A stretch of DNA of 63,920 nucleotides, filler included, from Neoconidiobolus thromboides FSU 785 (lineage: Eukaryota > Fungi > Entomophthoromycota): NCBI GenBank assembly GCA_025603075.1. It is 10 parts of 10 records of this genome, joined end to end, with 100 filler letters (N's around TTAATTAATTAA, not from the genome) between each part and the next. Parts side by side here need not be neighbours in the genome. Positions count along the whole stretch, not along the records: positions 20,818 to 25,462 come from MU626776.1; positions 25,563 to 44,980 come from MU626558.1; 8 more parts are not named here. The stretch is one strand, 5' to 3'. Positions 25,163 through 38,961 of this stretch are shown here, piece after piece (positions within the stretch are counted from its first letter, which is position 1; the number at the start of each line of letters is the position of its first letter). The position numbers and the translations under genes were made by a program. Under the pieces are notes generated by a model. The model did no database searches and was not told the DNA's origin. It saw nothing but the letters and a program-made list of their open reading frames with translations.

Positions 25163-25462
25163 ATGGTTAAATCTATTCCTTTCATGATTGTCTTAGCTTT
25201 GACTTCTGTCCTTGCTGTTCCAGTCCCAACTAATTCTGTATCTCAAGTCAGTGGTTCAGGTGCTATTGGTGGTATCACTAATGGAGGAAGTGTTGCTGTA
25301 AACTCATCTTTTGGTGCTGCAGCTGGAAGTGGCTCTAGTACTAGTACTGGTACTTCAGCTGGTATTGCTTCAGGACCAAACTCATCTTTCGGTGCCAGTT
25401 CTAATGTAGCTGGAGGAACTGCTACTCCATATAGCAATAACTTTTCATCTGGTAATAATGCT
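25163..25462 (+). CDS. Secreted Ser/Gly/Ala-rich protein, 3'-truncated
   Basis: Signal peptide MVKSIPFMIVLALTSVLA, then a low-complexity region with NSSFGA twice; runs into the contig end. Confidence 0.8.
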
Positions 25463-25679
25463 NNNNNNNNNNNNNNNNNNNNNNNNNNNNNNNNNNNNNN
25501 NNNNNNTTAATTAATTAANNNNNNNNNNNNNNNNNNNNNNNNNNNNNNNNNNNNNNNNNNNNATATTATATATCTGTTAAATATCTAACAGAACTAACAT
25601 AAAATACATAGTTAGGAAAATTAGCTATTTAAGAAAAGGAAACAATTAAAATAAGTTTTAAATAGAGACATTTAATTTT

Positions 25680-25780
25680 AGGCTTTTTAGATTTAACCGT
25701 TATATTGGACACAAACTTAAAATTTAAAATTTGGATTAATTTCTAAGTAGATTCTGAAACCAATTAGGACAGCCCCATAT
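25680..25780 (+). mobile_element. Family B element terminus
   Basis: 101 bp, 2 mismatches from the reverse complement of 59207-59307; ends GGACAGCCCC-ATAT like family A. Confidence 0.85.
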
Positions 25781-25869
25781 GGGGATGTATTTTTATGTTT
25801 AAGAATTTTACTAAATTTTCCGCTTAAAAAATCGAAAAAACAATGAAGCCAAAAAAAACACTCCCATAT
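25777..25869 (+). mobile_element. MITE family A copy abutting family B
   Basis: ATAT-GGGGATGT...CACTCCC-ATAT; the left ATAT is shared with the family B end. Confidence 0.85.
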
Positions 25870-26033
25870 TTAATCTTTATTTATCTGTGATCTGAATATT
25901 ACTTTTTATTATGAATAAAAAATTAAACAGCAATTTATTATAGCTTTTATAAATCGAATAAATACCAATTTTATAATTGATCCAATTATTAACTGTTAAG
26001 AAACAATTGATCTTTGATTGTAGCTAAAAGTAT

Positions 26034-26136
26034 ATATGAGGATGTATTTTTGTGTTTAAAGATTTTATTAACAATTTTTTCGCTCAGATATCGCTTAGAA
26101 GATGGGAAAAATAATGAAGCCGAAACACTCCCATAT
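26034..26136 (+). mobile_element. MITE family A copy
   Basis: ATAT-GAGGATGT...CACTCCC-ATAT. Confidence 0.85.
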
Positions 26137-26696
26137 CTTTTTTAGAAATATATTTTATTACATCAACTAAAAGTAGCTATTAAAATATTAACAATTTTAT
26201 TCTGATAGTTTGAGTTTTTGTTAAGTTTATTTCAAAATTAATTAAACAATGAAAACTTAGACAGTTTTTCGGATAAAAACAAAATATTGAAAATAGATCA
26301 ATATTGTATATATGTATGTTTTATTTTTTACTTAAGCTATAAATTATATTTTATTTAAATCTATTTTACTTCTTTAATAGTGTTGTTATAAGTTTCTTGA
26401 AAGCTATAAATGGTTGTTATCAGCACGTTCGGATTCTAAATTCTTGAATCCTTCTCTACTTTAACAATAAGGAATATTAAATGGAGAAGGTAAAATATCT
26501 ACAATTTAAATTGTACCTATACAGAATTACTTTGTTTCTAATTTCATTTAATCTAACTTTGGAGTATTTTCTAGTGAATTACGAATACTCCTAGGAAGGG
26601 AAAAGGTAACCATTATACTTAATAATATAAAAGAAAGCGAATAGTTGGTTTCTATATCTTTATCATTTATTTCGTACTCAAAATTTTCAATTTTAG

Positions 26697-27663
26697 CTAT
26701 TTTGAGATTTGGAAGTAGTGATAAAAAATAACAGATTTTTCAACTGTCCTACAAATAGTATTGATCTTTAGCTGTTTAACATATTTACAATTATACGCTA
26801 TAAATCCATTTATATAGATATGAAGCTTATTCACTCTTATAACATCCAAACAAGCACTTTGAATTTTGGTCAACTCATAAATGGCCTTCAATAACATTAT
26901 TGTTAATTTCCTTATATACTTCTTTCAATGTTGGTATCTTAGTAAAATCACTATTAATTGACTTGGTTCTATTAAAATAGCACAAAATAGTAACATTACA
27001 ATTCTTAATTAATATTAAATTATTAAAATCTTTATCTAAAAAACTGTCTTCCAAATTAATAAATTTTACAGTTTTGAACTTTGTCAAATCATCGAAGCAG
27101 TTAATATCAAAAATTGTAATAAAATAATTCTCAATGATTAATTCTAAATTAGCACCAGTTTGTCTTTGAATCAAATTCATTAGGTGTAAGGATAGTTGAG
27201 CGAGACCTTAAACGTAACAACCATAACTTAATAAATTTAAATTTAATAATATTCAAGCCATCAAGACAAAAGCCGTTTTATCCATCTATCTTTGATATTC
27301 TCAAGCTATCTGGGCTTAGATGATTAATAACATCAGTAATATTTATACCATGTATACAAATATCTGGTATTTCAGTTTGAGCTAGATAGTTACCGAATTT
27401 GACTATTTAGTAAGGAATGTTGCTTAAGAATATCTCTAATGCTCTTGACTCGGGTAGTTTAGCTTTAATAATAATATTACTATCATCTTGATTGCTACAT
27501 CACCAATATGCTTTATGTAATTGATATAGATTATATTTGAACAAGAGTTCAATAGTTTAATATCCTGAGTACACAGATATAAATATTTCATTGAAGGCCC
27601 ATTTTGTCCTAAAAAGTTCACATGGCATTTTCCACAATTGATAGAAGTGTAATGTGAGCGCAT
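26697..27663 (-). pseudogene. Degenerate ORF relic, possibly LRR/RNI-like
   Basis: Three protein-like segments in different frames (27663-27436, 27180-26875, 26897-26697) with no clear splice joins. The family is a guess from the L/I/N periodicity. Confidence 0.3.
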
Positions 27664-29160
27664 AAAATTATATCTTACAACTCTATTTACAACCTTAAAT
27701 AGCTATTTATTAAGAAGGGATAATTTACCTAACCCTTCTAGATGCAATAATTCAAATATTACTTCCATAAAATAATAGTTAAGTACTCAAGCTAGGTTGG
27801 TGTTATGAAAAATAACTAAACTGAAACAATAATATTATTTATTTATATACTTTTTAATTTAGCAAAATTGATAACTATCCTTGATGACGTAATATGCCTT
27901 TTTACCTGTGTAAAATAAAAAATTCAACAGTCATTTTTTCTAAAGTTTCTTAGATTGACTAAAAAAATTTCATCATAACTACAATTTTTTCTTATATTCA
28001 TAAAAGGTTGAAATTCTCTAATCTTTTACAAGTTAATGTTGAAAATTTCAAGGCTACAAAGGAGAAGTAAGATGAGCAACTTGGATAATAGCTACTAAAC
28101 GATTGAATTAAAATGGAGAGTTCTTGGTTATTATCCAATAAAAGTCAAGGATATTGCATTAAAAAATAGCTCTTGTGCCATAACTAATTGAATTGTCAAT
28201 CTAATATCCACTGTTTATTATTAAAAGTTAAGCAGAGCTGGTTATATATAGGTATTTCGATTTGTTTTGATTTAGTATTAATTTTCTTAATATGAATAGA
28301 AGATTTTAACTTTAACCATGGTTGAATTTATTCAAGTGAAATTAATAGTAGATCAAAAAAACTAAAATTAGCTGAAATGCAGCCAGCTCTAGATGATATA
28401 TGTTAGACTCTATGAAAATAGTCACTACAACTTTCGATTCGTTATACTTAATTTGAAATTAATCCTATACTATAAGTATATTTTTTGTGCTTGTTAATAA
28501 TGATGATATAAGTTGTTATTGTAATTATTATTTTATCAATTATCCATTATTCTTTATACTACTATATTAATAAGTATTCCAATTAGTATAAATATGTTTG
28601 TGAACTATTTTTAAACAAACAACTTTGAATGAATAAATTTTTGATGATAGCTTTTATATATTTTCAAAGGATAAACCTAATTTAAATACCTTCAATATTT
28701 CACCATCCTTATCAGCTTTAGAATGTCTAAAAGTGCCCAACTCTTATTTAATTGGTGATATTTTATATTGTGAATCCGATTGATTTGCTCTAAAATATTG
28801 GATCAGAAGTCTATGTGTTCAATTTGGAGTAGCTTGCCAAAATATAATACTTTAAAAGAAACAGATCTAAATCCTTTAGTATCACTTTTCCTGTTCTAAA
28901 TTCAGGATATCCACAGGCTACTTATACTTAAAAAACCGAAGATATCCTCTGGAAATTAGATAATCCTAATAGTTCAAGATATTGTATTTTAGATTAGAGC
29001 CCTTTGTCAATAAAATGAAGTGAGAAGATTAAAGCACGATATTAAAATTGTTAGATTTCAATCTAAATTTTGAGGACTTCAAATTAGCCAATAAAATTGA
29101 AAACTAAAAAATAAACAAAAAAATACCAGTTTCAATTTTTTCAAATAAATTAGACTGAAA

Positions 29161-31016
29161 ATGAATCGTATTAGACCCTTGTTATATCCTACTAAAAGAT
29201 ATTTAACAACTAAAAAATTAATCACTACTCCGATTTATTATGTTAATTCAAGTAAATTTTCATCTATTCAAATACTCCTCATTGATTCATTAACCCTTTT
29301 TCTTAGAACCTCATATTGGTCATTTATATACTAATGTGATATCGGATGTCTATAGTCGTTATTTTGAACTAACTGGAGATAAAGTATTACAAAGTACTGG
29401 ATGTGATGAACATGGACTAAAAATATATCAAGCCTCAACAAAACAGTCAATCACCCCACAATTATTTTGCGATAAAATAGCATATAATTTTTTAAAATTA
29501 AAAGAAAAAAGTGAAATGAAAGAAGATACAATTTTTATAAGAACGAGTGAAGAAAGACATAAAAAAATTATTCGAGAAGTTTGGCTGGAATTGGAACGAA
29601 AGGGGTACATTTATAAGGATTTTTATGAAGGATGGTATGCAATCTCAGATGAAGCTTTTGTTAAAGAAGAAGAAGTAGAAAAGAAAGGGGATAAATATTA
29701 TGTAAAGAGCAGTCAATCTGAAGTGGTTTGGATGAATGAACCAACGTATAAATTCAAGTTGTCCATGTTTAAGGAACAAATTCAGCAATTTATTTTAGAG
29801 AATGAAAATGGTAAATAACATTTGTAGATAGAAATCAATACTAATGATTTTAATTTAAATTTAAATTTAGCTATTTTACCATTAACTCGACGTAATGAAG
29901 TATTGAGTTTAATTGAAGATGGTATTAATGATTTATCTATATCAAGACCAACTGAAAGGGTTAAATGGGGTATTCAAGTGCCTAATGATAATACTCAAAC
30001 TATTTATGTTTGGCTAGATGCTTTATTCAATTATTTAACAGTAACTGAATATCCAGATGTTAATTATAGACAATATTTTGATAATAGGATTCATATTGTT
30101 GGTAAGATTTAATTTAATTTAACATTTATTATGTTATATATATATTAACATTGTTATAATTAGGTAAAGATATATTAAAGTTTCATACTATTTATTGGTA
30201 TGGATTTTGTTTAGCTTTAGGCTTAAGCTTACCTAAAGTAGTATTAGCCCATGGTCATTGGACTAATTTAGGGATGAAAATGAGTAAATCAAAAGGTAAT
30301 AGCGTTGATCCAATACCATTAATTGAACAATTCGGTTCCGATCCTATTCGCTATTTTTTATTACGTAATGGAGGTGATTTTAATATGGATTCAGGTAATT
30401 TTATATTAGTATATTATATAGTATATATTATATTTATGAACTATTTTTTATTTTAGATTTCAATGAAAATACTTTAAAAGTAAAATATAAAAAAGAACTA
30501 GTTAGTTTATTAGGTAATTTAATATTAAGAATTACAAGTCCTTCTATCAATCCAGAACAAAATATTCAAATTATTACAGATACTAAAGAATTTAATATGG
30601 AAGAACATCAATTGATTTTGCAATTTAATAATATAATAAGCCAAAGTAATCAATATATGCTTCAATATCAGCCAAATAAAAGTATTGAATTAATAATTAA
30701 TGGATTAATATTAGCCAATCAATATATACAAAAAAAAGAGCCATGGAAATTAAATAATATAACAGATTTTGATAAAAAACAAAAAATTCTTTATTTATTA
30801 TTTGAAATTATTAAAATTACGACTATTTTATTATTACCTATCATGCCTATTAAATGTAATCAGATATTGACTATATTAAATATTGATGAGAGTAAACGTA
30901 ATTTAAGTAATATCGAATTTATGAAGGGCTGGAATATTACTAATAATAATAAGATTCACTTGATTAATAAGGAGAAATTAATTGAATATTCTCCATTATT
31001 TCCAAAATTAAATTAA
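29161..31016 (+). CDS. MSM1: Mitochondrial methionyl-tRNA synthetase, multi-exon
   Basis: Basic presequence, then ITTPIYYVNS/KPHIGHLY (HIGH motif across intron 29252-29306), GCDEHG, DLSISRP..WGI, TIYVWLDAL, GKDILKFH, KMSKSKGN and an anticodon-binding C terminus. Confidence 0.95.
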
Positions 31017-31062
31017 ATTAAATTAAATAATAATAATATTATTATTAACATTATTATTTAAT

Positions 31063-32229
31063 TTAGTCAATTCGATTAGATACCCATTCATAATAATCGT
31101 AATAAATTTGATTGAAATAATTTCTTTTATCAATTGATTTCTTATTTAATTGTTGAATTTCATCTAATGTCATATTAACTTTTTCTCTTGATTTACTATA
31201 TAAAGATATAAATTGATAAGCTAATATCTTTTTTTCTTTTGATTTAGATTCGAATTCTAATTATAAATAATTAATATTTCATTGATAAGAGAATTATATT
31301 TTTACTTTTTAATTCTAATTCTGGATCATCTTGTTCAATTATTTGTTTCATTTCTTCCATTACTTTATTTGCTTCTCTTAACAATAAAGTATTTCGATTT
31401 TCTTCAGGCTCATCTGGAGATATAAAACTAAATTCTATAAATAATAATAATAATAATAATAAAATAGTTAATAAAATAATTAATAATCAATAATCGATAA
31501 TTAAATTACCATATTTGTCCTTTAATCTTTTATTTAAACAAGTCATATCTTCATTTTCATCATCATCTTCAGTTTTATCAAAACTTTTATTTCTTTGATA
31601 TTGATAATTTAATTGATTCTCTAATTTTCTTTTCTTTTTGTTAAGATTTTTATTCTTGTTCTTATGGGTTTTTATTTGTTCATTTTCAATCCATTTAGTT
31701 TTTTCTTCTTCTTTTTCTTTTATTTCCTCCGTTATATTCTGTCCCTTATCATCCTTTATTTGATTTTTGCTATTATTATTACTTCTTAAATTAATTAACT
31801 GAGATAATGGAGTTGAATTCAATAATCTGTTATTATTAAATAATTCACTAAATTGACTATCTGTTTTAGAATAATTGAATTTATTATTAATATTATTAAT
31901 ATTATTAATGTTTTCTCCATTTAATGATATTTCATCAATAATTTCTTTTTCCTTTTGTTTTTCTTGATGGTATTTATTTTTACTTTTATTTTCTTTACTT
32001 TGATTAAATGAATTGCTGCTTTTTGAGTTTGATTGAAATTCAATCGATGAGGTTAAATTATTACTATTAAACATTGAACTCATTTGATTTTTAATTCCTT
32101 TATTTTGTTGTTTATTATTATTAAATTGGTTTTTATTATCATTTAATAAACTTAATAATGTATCATAACTATCACTTTTATTATTAAACATTGAACTCAT
32201 TTGATTTTTGATTTCTTCATTTTGTTTAA

Positions 32230-32268
<39 letters not shown>

Positions 32269-33106
32269 ATCTATTTTTATTACCATTTAATAAACTTAAT
32301 AATGTATCATAACTATTACTGTTTCTATTATTGCCTTTGTCAATTAATTCAGATAAGGGAGTTGAATTAACTAATCGATTAGTGTTAAAAATATTGCTAA
32401 ATTGAGTTTCACTTCTTGAATTACTTAGTTCATTTTTAATATCAAAATTTTTATTTGTTTTATTATTTAATGAAATATCTTCAATTATGTCTTTATCTTT
32501 ATCTTGAAATAAATTCATTTGATTATTTTTGTTATTAAACATACTATTATAAAAATTAGAACTAAATATTGAAGTTATTGAATTTTCTTCTTGTATTTCA
32601 TTTTGTTGATTATTTAAATCATCATTTAACAATTCGTTATTTGTTCGTTTTCTTTGATTGAATAATTGATTTTGGAACTTACTACTAAATATCGATGGTG
32701 GTAAAATACTTGGATTATATTCTTGATTTTGTTGTTGATTCTTTATTGGATTTTGATTTTGTTTGTTATTTAATAAATTTAATAATGTATCATTATTATT
32801 ACTAGTTATAGATTGTAATCGGTTCAGTTTATTTTTATTATTTATAGTATTAATGTTAATGTTATGTTTTTTATGATACAACTCATCCAACTTATTAGTA
32901 TCAATAAGCATCGTTTTCCTGTTATTATTATTATTATTATTAAATAAATTGTTGTTTTTCTTAATATTATTTCCTATATTTACATTCAACTCGTTACTAA
33001 CATTGTTTTTTTTACTGTGATATAGTTGATCTAATTTATTAGTATCAATTAGTATTTCATTGTTATCTTTAATTTTATTATAACTAAATAACTTTTGTTG
33101 ATTTAA

Positions 33107-33156
<50 letters not shown>

Positions 33157-34846
33157 ATATACTATATTTATTATAATCAATTGACTGGAACTGAACTTTA
33201 TTGTTAATAATGTTCTCTTTATTCTTATCATAATTGTCATTAAATAATAATCCATTATTACTTAAACTATTTTTATATTTTAAATCAAAATCAATTTGAT
33301 CTTTCTCATTATTATTATTATTGCTGAATAAACTCCCCAATTTATAATTCTCACTCTCAAATATAAATTGATTTTCCGACAATGTACTACTTGTATTTGA
33401 AACTAATTTATTCCTTTTGTTATCTTTCTCAATACTTCCTCCTGCCTCTTCAATAACTTTCCATTCTGGATATTGTAAATCAAAAGTAGTATCCATTTTA
33501 TTGTTATTATTGTCATTATTAATAGTGTTATTCCTACTATTAAAATTAAAATGAACTCTTTTGTTTCTTCTACTGTTACTCTGTATATCAGCACTACTTC
33601 CAATAGTTTGATTTTTACTTAAATTATCCTCATTTTTATAATGAAATATTGAATCTTCCATTATTTCTTCTTTGGTCAAATTGACTTTTTTTATTGGAAA
33701 ATAACTTAAATTCGTACTTAAGCTGTCTTTATTGATTTCATTCAATGTCACTTGTTTTCTACCATTTTCCGTGATAGGATTGATACTTCTCATCAGTAAA
33801 GAGCTACTACTTGATTGTATTGATTTCTCCATATTATATTGATTTAAAGTATTATTATCATTAGTATTTCTATTGTTATTATTAAATATATTTTTCTCCA
33901 AATTAAAATCAATATCACTAAATTGACTTTCAAACGAAGAGATTCTACCATGTTCATTATTTTTAATACTATTACTAAAGATGGATATACTTTCACGCGA
34001 TCTATCAATAATTTCATTGTTTCTATCCATTTGTTTCATATCTTCCTCACTGCCAATTTTGACATTCTTTACTAAAAAACTATTAAGAGTTGAGAGTTGG
34101 TTCTTACTATTAATATCTTCATCTTTAACAGAATTTAAATCAATTAATGGAAATGAACCATTGGTTGATGAAGCTAATTGATTCTTATTAAATGGATTAA
34201 AACTATTATTATTATTATTATTAAAAATACTATCCGTTTTATTAAAATCCACCTCATTGTATCTATCTTGAATCCCCACTTCTCCAAACTCAACACTATT
34301 CCCACTACCTTCACGAAACATTGATAAGCTTTTTCTAAAGCAATTACTTTTTGAATCCGATATATCCCCCTTTTTAAAACTTAGTATTTCTTGTTCAATG
34401 GCTTGTTCTCTTAATAAATCTAGTTGATTTGGTGGAATTGAGTTAATATTTTGAGGCCCACTGTTAATTACTTCTCTTTGGATGTTTTCTTGAGTGGGAT
34501 TAAAATCTATCAATGGAAAAGAAGCGCTACTCAAAGCTTGAGATTGATATTGAAGCTGGGAATTGGAACTAAAAATGGACTGGTGATCGTTATTGTTATT
34601 TAAATTATCATTGTTGATAAATATATTTTCGATTGAACTAGTTTTATATTGAGAACTCAATTGAGATTGCGGAATATTATCTTGTTGATTTAAATCCTCA
34701 TTGTTATTCAACCTTTGATTATTATTATTTATATTATCCATACTCTTCTTACCTTCAACTTCGCTTTCTTCCTCATTAATTAATTTTTTATACCTTTGAT
34801 ATAATTCTTGGTATTTACTGCTAGTATCTTTTGTTCCAATTTCCAT
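31063..34846 (-). CDS. Large Asn/Ser-rich, largely disordered protein of unknown function (~1200 aa, 3 exons)
   Basis: The 1119-aa ORF continues through two GT-AG introns into exons EFSFISPDEPEE...ELELK and KFESKSKEKK...YEWVSNRID*. Confidence 0.8.
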
Positions 34847-36123
34847 TAAGATCTAATAAGGTTAAATCTAACCTAAGTTGAAGTGTTTATAAGGTTGAAA
34901 TGAAGATTTTTTTTAATCATTTTAATTTTAGATTAGTTTCATTCTTATAAATTTTTATTAGCTAAAAAATTTACTTGATCAAAAAAACTAAAGATATTTT
35001 GATGTTATTAATCGTAATTAAAAAGAATAGAAATCATTTTGTAAATTTTTATTCCTTTTGATACTATGTCATTTTTGAGTAATAGGGAGGTAATAGACAG
35101 ACAGAAGCTGATCAGCCCATTTCTATTAGTTGAAAATTAACCCTCATTGCAATCTTCCTTAACCCCAATACTAGCCTGAAACTAATCTCTCTAACCTTAA
35201 CATTAAGCCTAACACTGACCTTTACCATGTATGAGTTATCTTTCTAAGCTTGAAAAGCTTACTTTTTTGATTGTCACTTTTTTAACTATAATAGGAGAGT
35301 ATGCAAAAATTAGTAAATAAAATTCTTGAGCATTTAGTAAAAGTCAAAAAGGATATGCTATTAAATGAAAATTAAGTTTAAAGATTAAAAACTCTAAAAA
35401 ATAACTGTTCCTTTTTTAATTTTATTTCATAGTGCCAATCCAATTTAATTATTTAACAGTTATTCTTTTGGAAACAAAAATTAAATTACTAAATCTGGAT
35501 GAATTATTTGATTTATGCTTTTTAAACAAATATTTATAGAGTTATAAATGAAATCCTAAATTGTTAAAATTCATGAATTTCAATTTGTTAATAAAATCTA
35601 TACTTGTGGTTGATTATCTCTATAGTATTTTTTTTAACATCTAAATGAAAATGATATACTTTAAAAGTGCCAACTCATTATAACTTTAATATAGTGGGCC
35701 AAATGGAGGATTTAACATGTTATAAATGAGTCATTAAAATCTAATCGTTGAAGTTTTGCTAAACCAATTAAAAAAAGCAATAAGTTTTTATGTGTGTAAA
35801 AACTTGATCAAAATTAAATAAAACTTATAAAAGCATTAAGTATAAATTGCTATCAAACGATTACAGTTTAATCTGATTACCAATTTGCAAAAAAGACAAT
35901 AATGCTATACCTAATTAGTTAATCAAAAATTATAAAATATTAACTTTAAAAAATATTCCCACACCTTTAATGTTTATAAACTTAGATATCAAAATTTCAT
36001 ATCCAATGGGTCATTACGGTAAACTAAAAGATTGTTTTAATAATAATAGACAAATCAATGCGCTGTTCATCGGAAACACTGATTTGTATCCCCGATAAAT
36101 TATAGTGATACCAAGCCGACGCT

Positions 36124-37095
36124 TTAATATCTATAGCCATTATTTCTAGAGCTATGTCTCACTGGTGATCTTGATCTGTATCTTCCCGATTCTACTTCAT
36201 TAGAACGATATCTATCTCGCATTCTTGGTGATCTAGAACGATCATCTCTTCTTTTTCTTGATTCATAATCATCATATCGGTCATACCTACTAGATCTTGG
36301 AGCATCTCCATAGTATCGCTCTCTGGCTGAAGTCAGGTCATCTTCATAGTGACGACTAAAATAATTAATTTATTTACCAAAACAAAAAAACTAATTACCT
36401 TTTACTTCTACCTTCATGACTTTCATCTTCACTATCTTTTGAGTGTTTTTTGCTTTTGCTTTTCTTTTTTTCCTTTTTTTCTTTTTTTTTTTCCTTTAAA
36501 TGAGCTAATTTGATAGGATTTTTTAATAATTTTTCTAAACTTTGTTTTTCCATTTTTTTAATCATAAACAAAGGATCATCTCTTATTTTATTTTGAGTAT
36601 CTCTAATTGAATTAGCATTGGTTAAATCCAATGCTTTACCACTACTTAAACCTTCTCCACCTTCAATTAATTTATCTCCGCCTAATAACTTATCGATCTT
36701 TTTATCTCCCAATAAATAACTTTCTTTTTCTTCTTGTTCCATCACTTGATGAATAGGTCCAGAAGCATACATCCATTCCAATTTATTGGAGCGTTTTCTA
36801 AATTAAAGCATTAGTACTTTATTAAATTTTAACTTAAAATAAGTTCCTACTTCAGTCCAGCCTGCTCTTGTAACTGCTCCATTTCTTCAATCTTTCTTTG
36901 CTCTTCAATCTCTTTTTTTATTTGCTCAATACGTTTTCCTTCATCTTCTGCTTTTTTTTCTTCAAGCCATACTTTCTCCATATTATGCATCCGTTGCGGA
37001 TGCCATGATTTTTTGAAATTCTATTATAAAAGTTACTTAGTTTATGACTTGAACTTTTTTTTTTAAATTGTACTTACCAGATCGCCTCCTCCCAT
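36124..37095 (-). CDS. CWC25: Pre-mRNA splicing factor CWC25, 4 exons
   Basis: Spliced N terminus MGGGDLNFKKSWHP...EKVWLEE, then LEWMY and RDDPLFMIKK, and an RS/RD-rich tail. Confidence 0.93.
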
Positions 37096-37773
37096 TGTTA
37101 TTTTAGTTTATTTTTTTAAAAGAGTAAAGATGAATTTTAGGATGCTTTCTTTTTTACACTGTTTAGGTTGAATGCAAAATTTCATGAATCAATAGTAATT
37201 GGTAGAAAAATATCCACCCAACTGCTTATTTGAAGCTAAGTTTACATTTTATGCAATTTATCTAAGTTTAAGAATGAAGTTTTAGCTGAGATTTTTTAAC
37301 AAATTTTTAAGCCTGCCCAAAATTTAAAATTTAAAATTTATAACTTGTTCACTTTTGATACTTAAAATTATAAAGATATTTAAACTAACTTTACAATAAA
37401 AAAATAAGCTATTAAACTAAACTAAACTAAAATAAATATTTTTATAATTATTGATAAAATATCTTAAATATGCTATAAATTATATTTAATTAATTAAAGG
37501 TGTTATTTATTATAGTTTATTTTATAAATAAATAAATATCAAATCATTATTTTTCAAGTTTAGATTATAATAATAGATAAATACTTAAAATTTATTATAA
37601 AAAAAGTAATTATTATAAATATAATTAATAATAACAATTAGAGTTATGAGTTTTTGTCTTATTGATACTTAAAATTTAGAAAAAATAATATAATGTTATA
37701 AAATTTTTAAATCTTATTCAAACTTTTAAACTTAAATTTTATATTTTTTTATAAAGTTAGCAAAACTTTATAT

Positions 37774-37880
37774 ATATAAGGGATATACTTTTATGTTTAA
37801 GAACTTTACTAATAATTCTTCCAATCAAATAGCGCTTAAAAAATGGAAAAGTAATGAAACCAAAAAATACACCCCCATAT
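37774..37880 (+). mobile_element. MITE family A copy
   Basis: Consensus core; ends CACCCCC-ATAT. Confidence 0.85.
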
Positions 37881-38015
37881 CTTTATTAAAAATAATAGAT
37901 CTAATAATAAATATTTGCTATAGTTTACTAATAGATTTTTTCATAAGCTGTATAGCTTTTGGAATTTTATTATTACAGGCATTTTTTATCAATCATTAAA
38001 CTCCATTATGCTTTC

Positions 38016-38402
38016 GTGAAACATCACTTTGTTAGTTCTATGATTGATTATAACATAATAATCACTTAAAGTGCTGTGTTCTCGAGTTTGGAGACAATCA
38101 ATCCCAAACTCCTATTTTGATTTAGTATGAGATTTTTTGTCACGCGATTCTGAAGGGCACTATTTTCCCATTTTAATATCCATACTTGTTGATGTATAAA
38201 ATATTTTAGAATGTAATAACTCAAGGCTTTTTAACTGAGTTATTCCCTGGAATCTCATACATTTAATGAAGCCACTAAATTTTTCTGATAGTATTTTACA
38301 TAGATTTTACAGTAGTATCATCTATTCTACTTATCTTACATAGTCTGTAGTCCATTATGTGCTATTCTTCATAATTCAAGTCTATCTTAGTTACATGAAT
38401 TA
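38016..38402. repeat. Dispersed repeat family C, copy 1 (relic ORF on the minus strand)
   Basis: Aligns colinearly with 44593-44980; conserved blocks include AGTAGTATCATCTATTCTACTTATCTTACATAGT. Confidence 0.85.
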
Positions 38403-38961
38403 AAACCTTTTGACTTACAGCTAATCAACTGAGTAGTAACTGCTTTTAATTCCAACTAGTGAGTACCAGATTTCATACTTTTTATTTCAATTTAACAATA
38501 TTAATATCAACTGAAATATACTTATTTAAGTATCAATTTGTTTTTTTGAACTAAAAATTGGTTGATTCGTGACTAAACTATAAGTACTTCAAAAGTAATC
38601 TCCCTTTTAAACTAAAAGTATATATACAAAAGTTAGTATCTATAATGACTAATTTATACTATTATTTTAGTAGATTTGTTCAAAGAATATGATTACTTTT
38701 AAAACAAACTTAGGAACTGTTATTTAAAAATATACATTTTTCAAGTTATTTAGAAGAAAATCAAAAATGATTAAACTCATAGTTTAAAATAAAATAATTC
38801 AATTTCTATTAAGAATAAAAATAACAAAGTATCTATTAAAAAAAAATTTATAATAATAAAAGTAAATCAGGATAAAGACAATGAAATTATGATATTGAAT
38901 AATAATTCTCCCAGAAATATTCAATTCCATTTCCCTCCTTTTCCTCCTCTTCATTTCATTT

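Noticed and set aside
35160-35225. Telomere-like CTAACC hexamers (also ~13626 and ~59098)
   Set aside because: Few, degenerate, internal units with no tandem TTAGGG tract
37793-37999. Small ORFs sharing QIALKKWKSNETKK or similar (also 24810-25040, 22234-22557, 60869-61066)
   Set aside because: The shared peptide is just the translated MITE A sequence, not a protein family.
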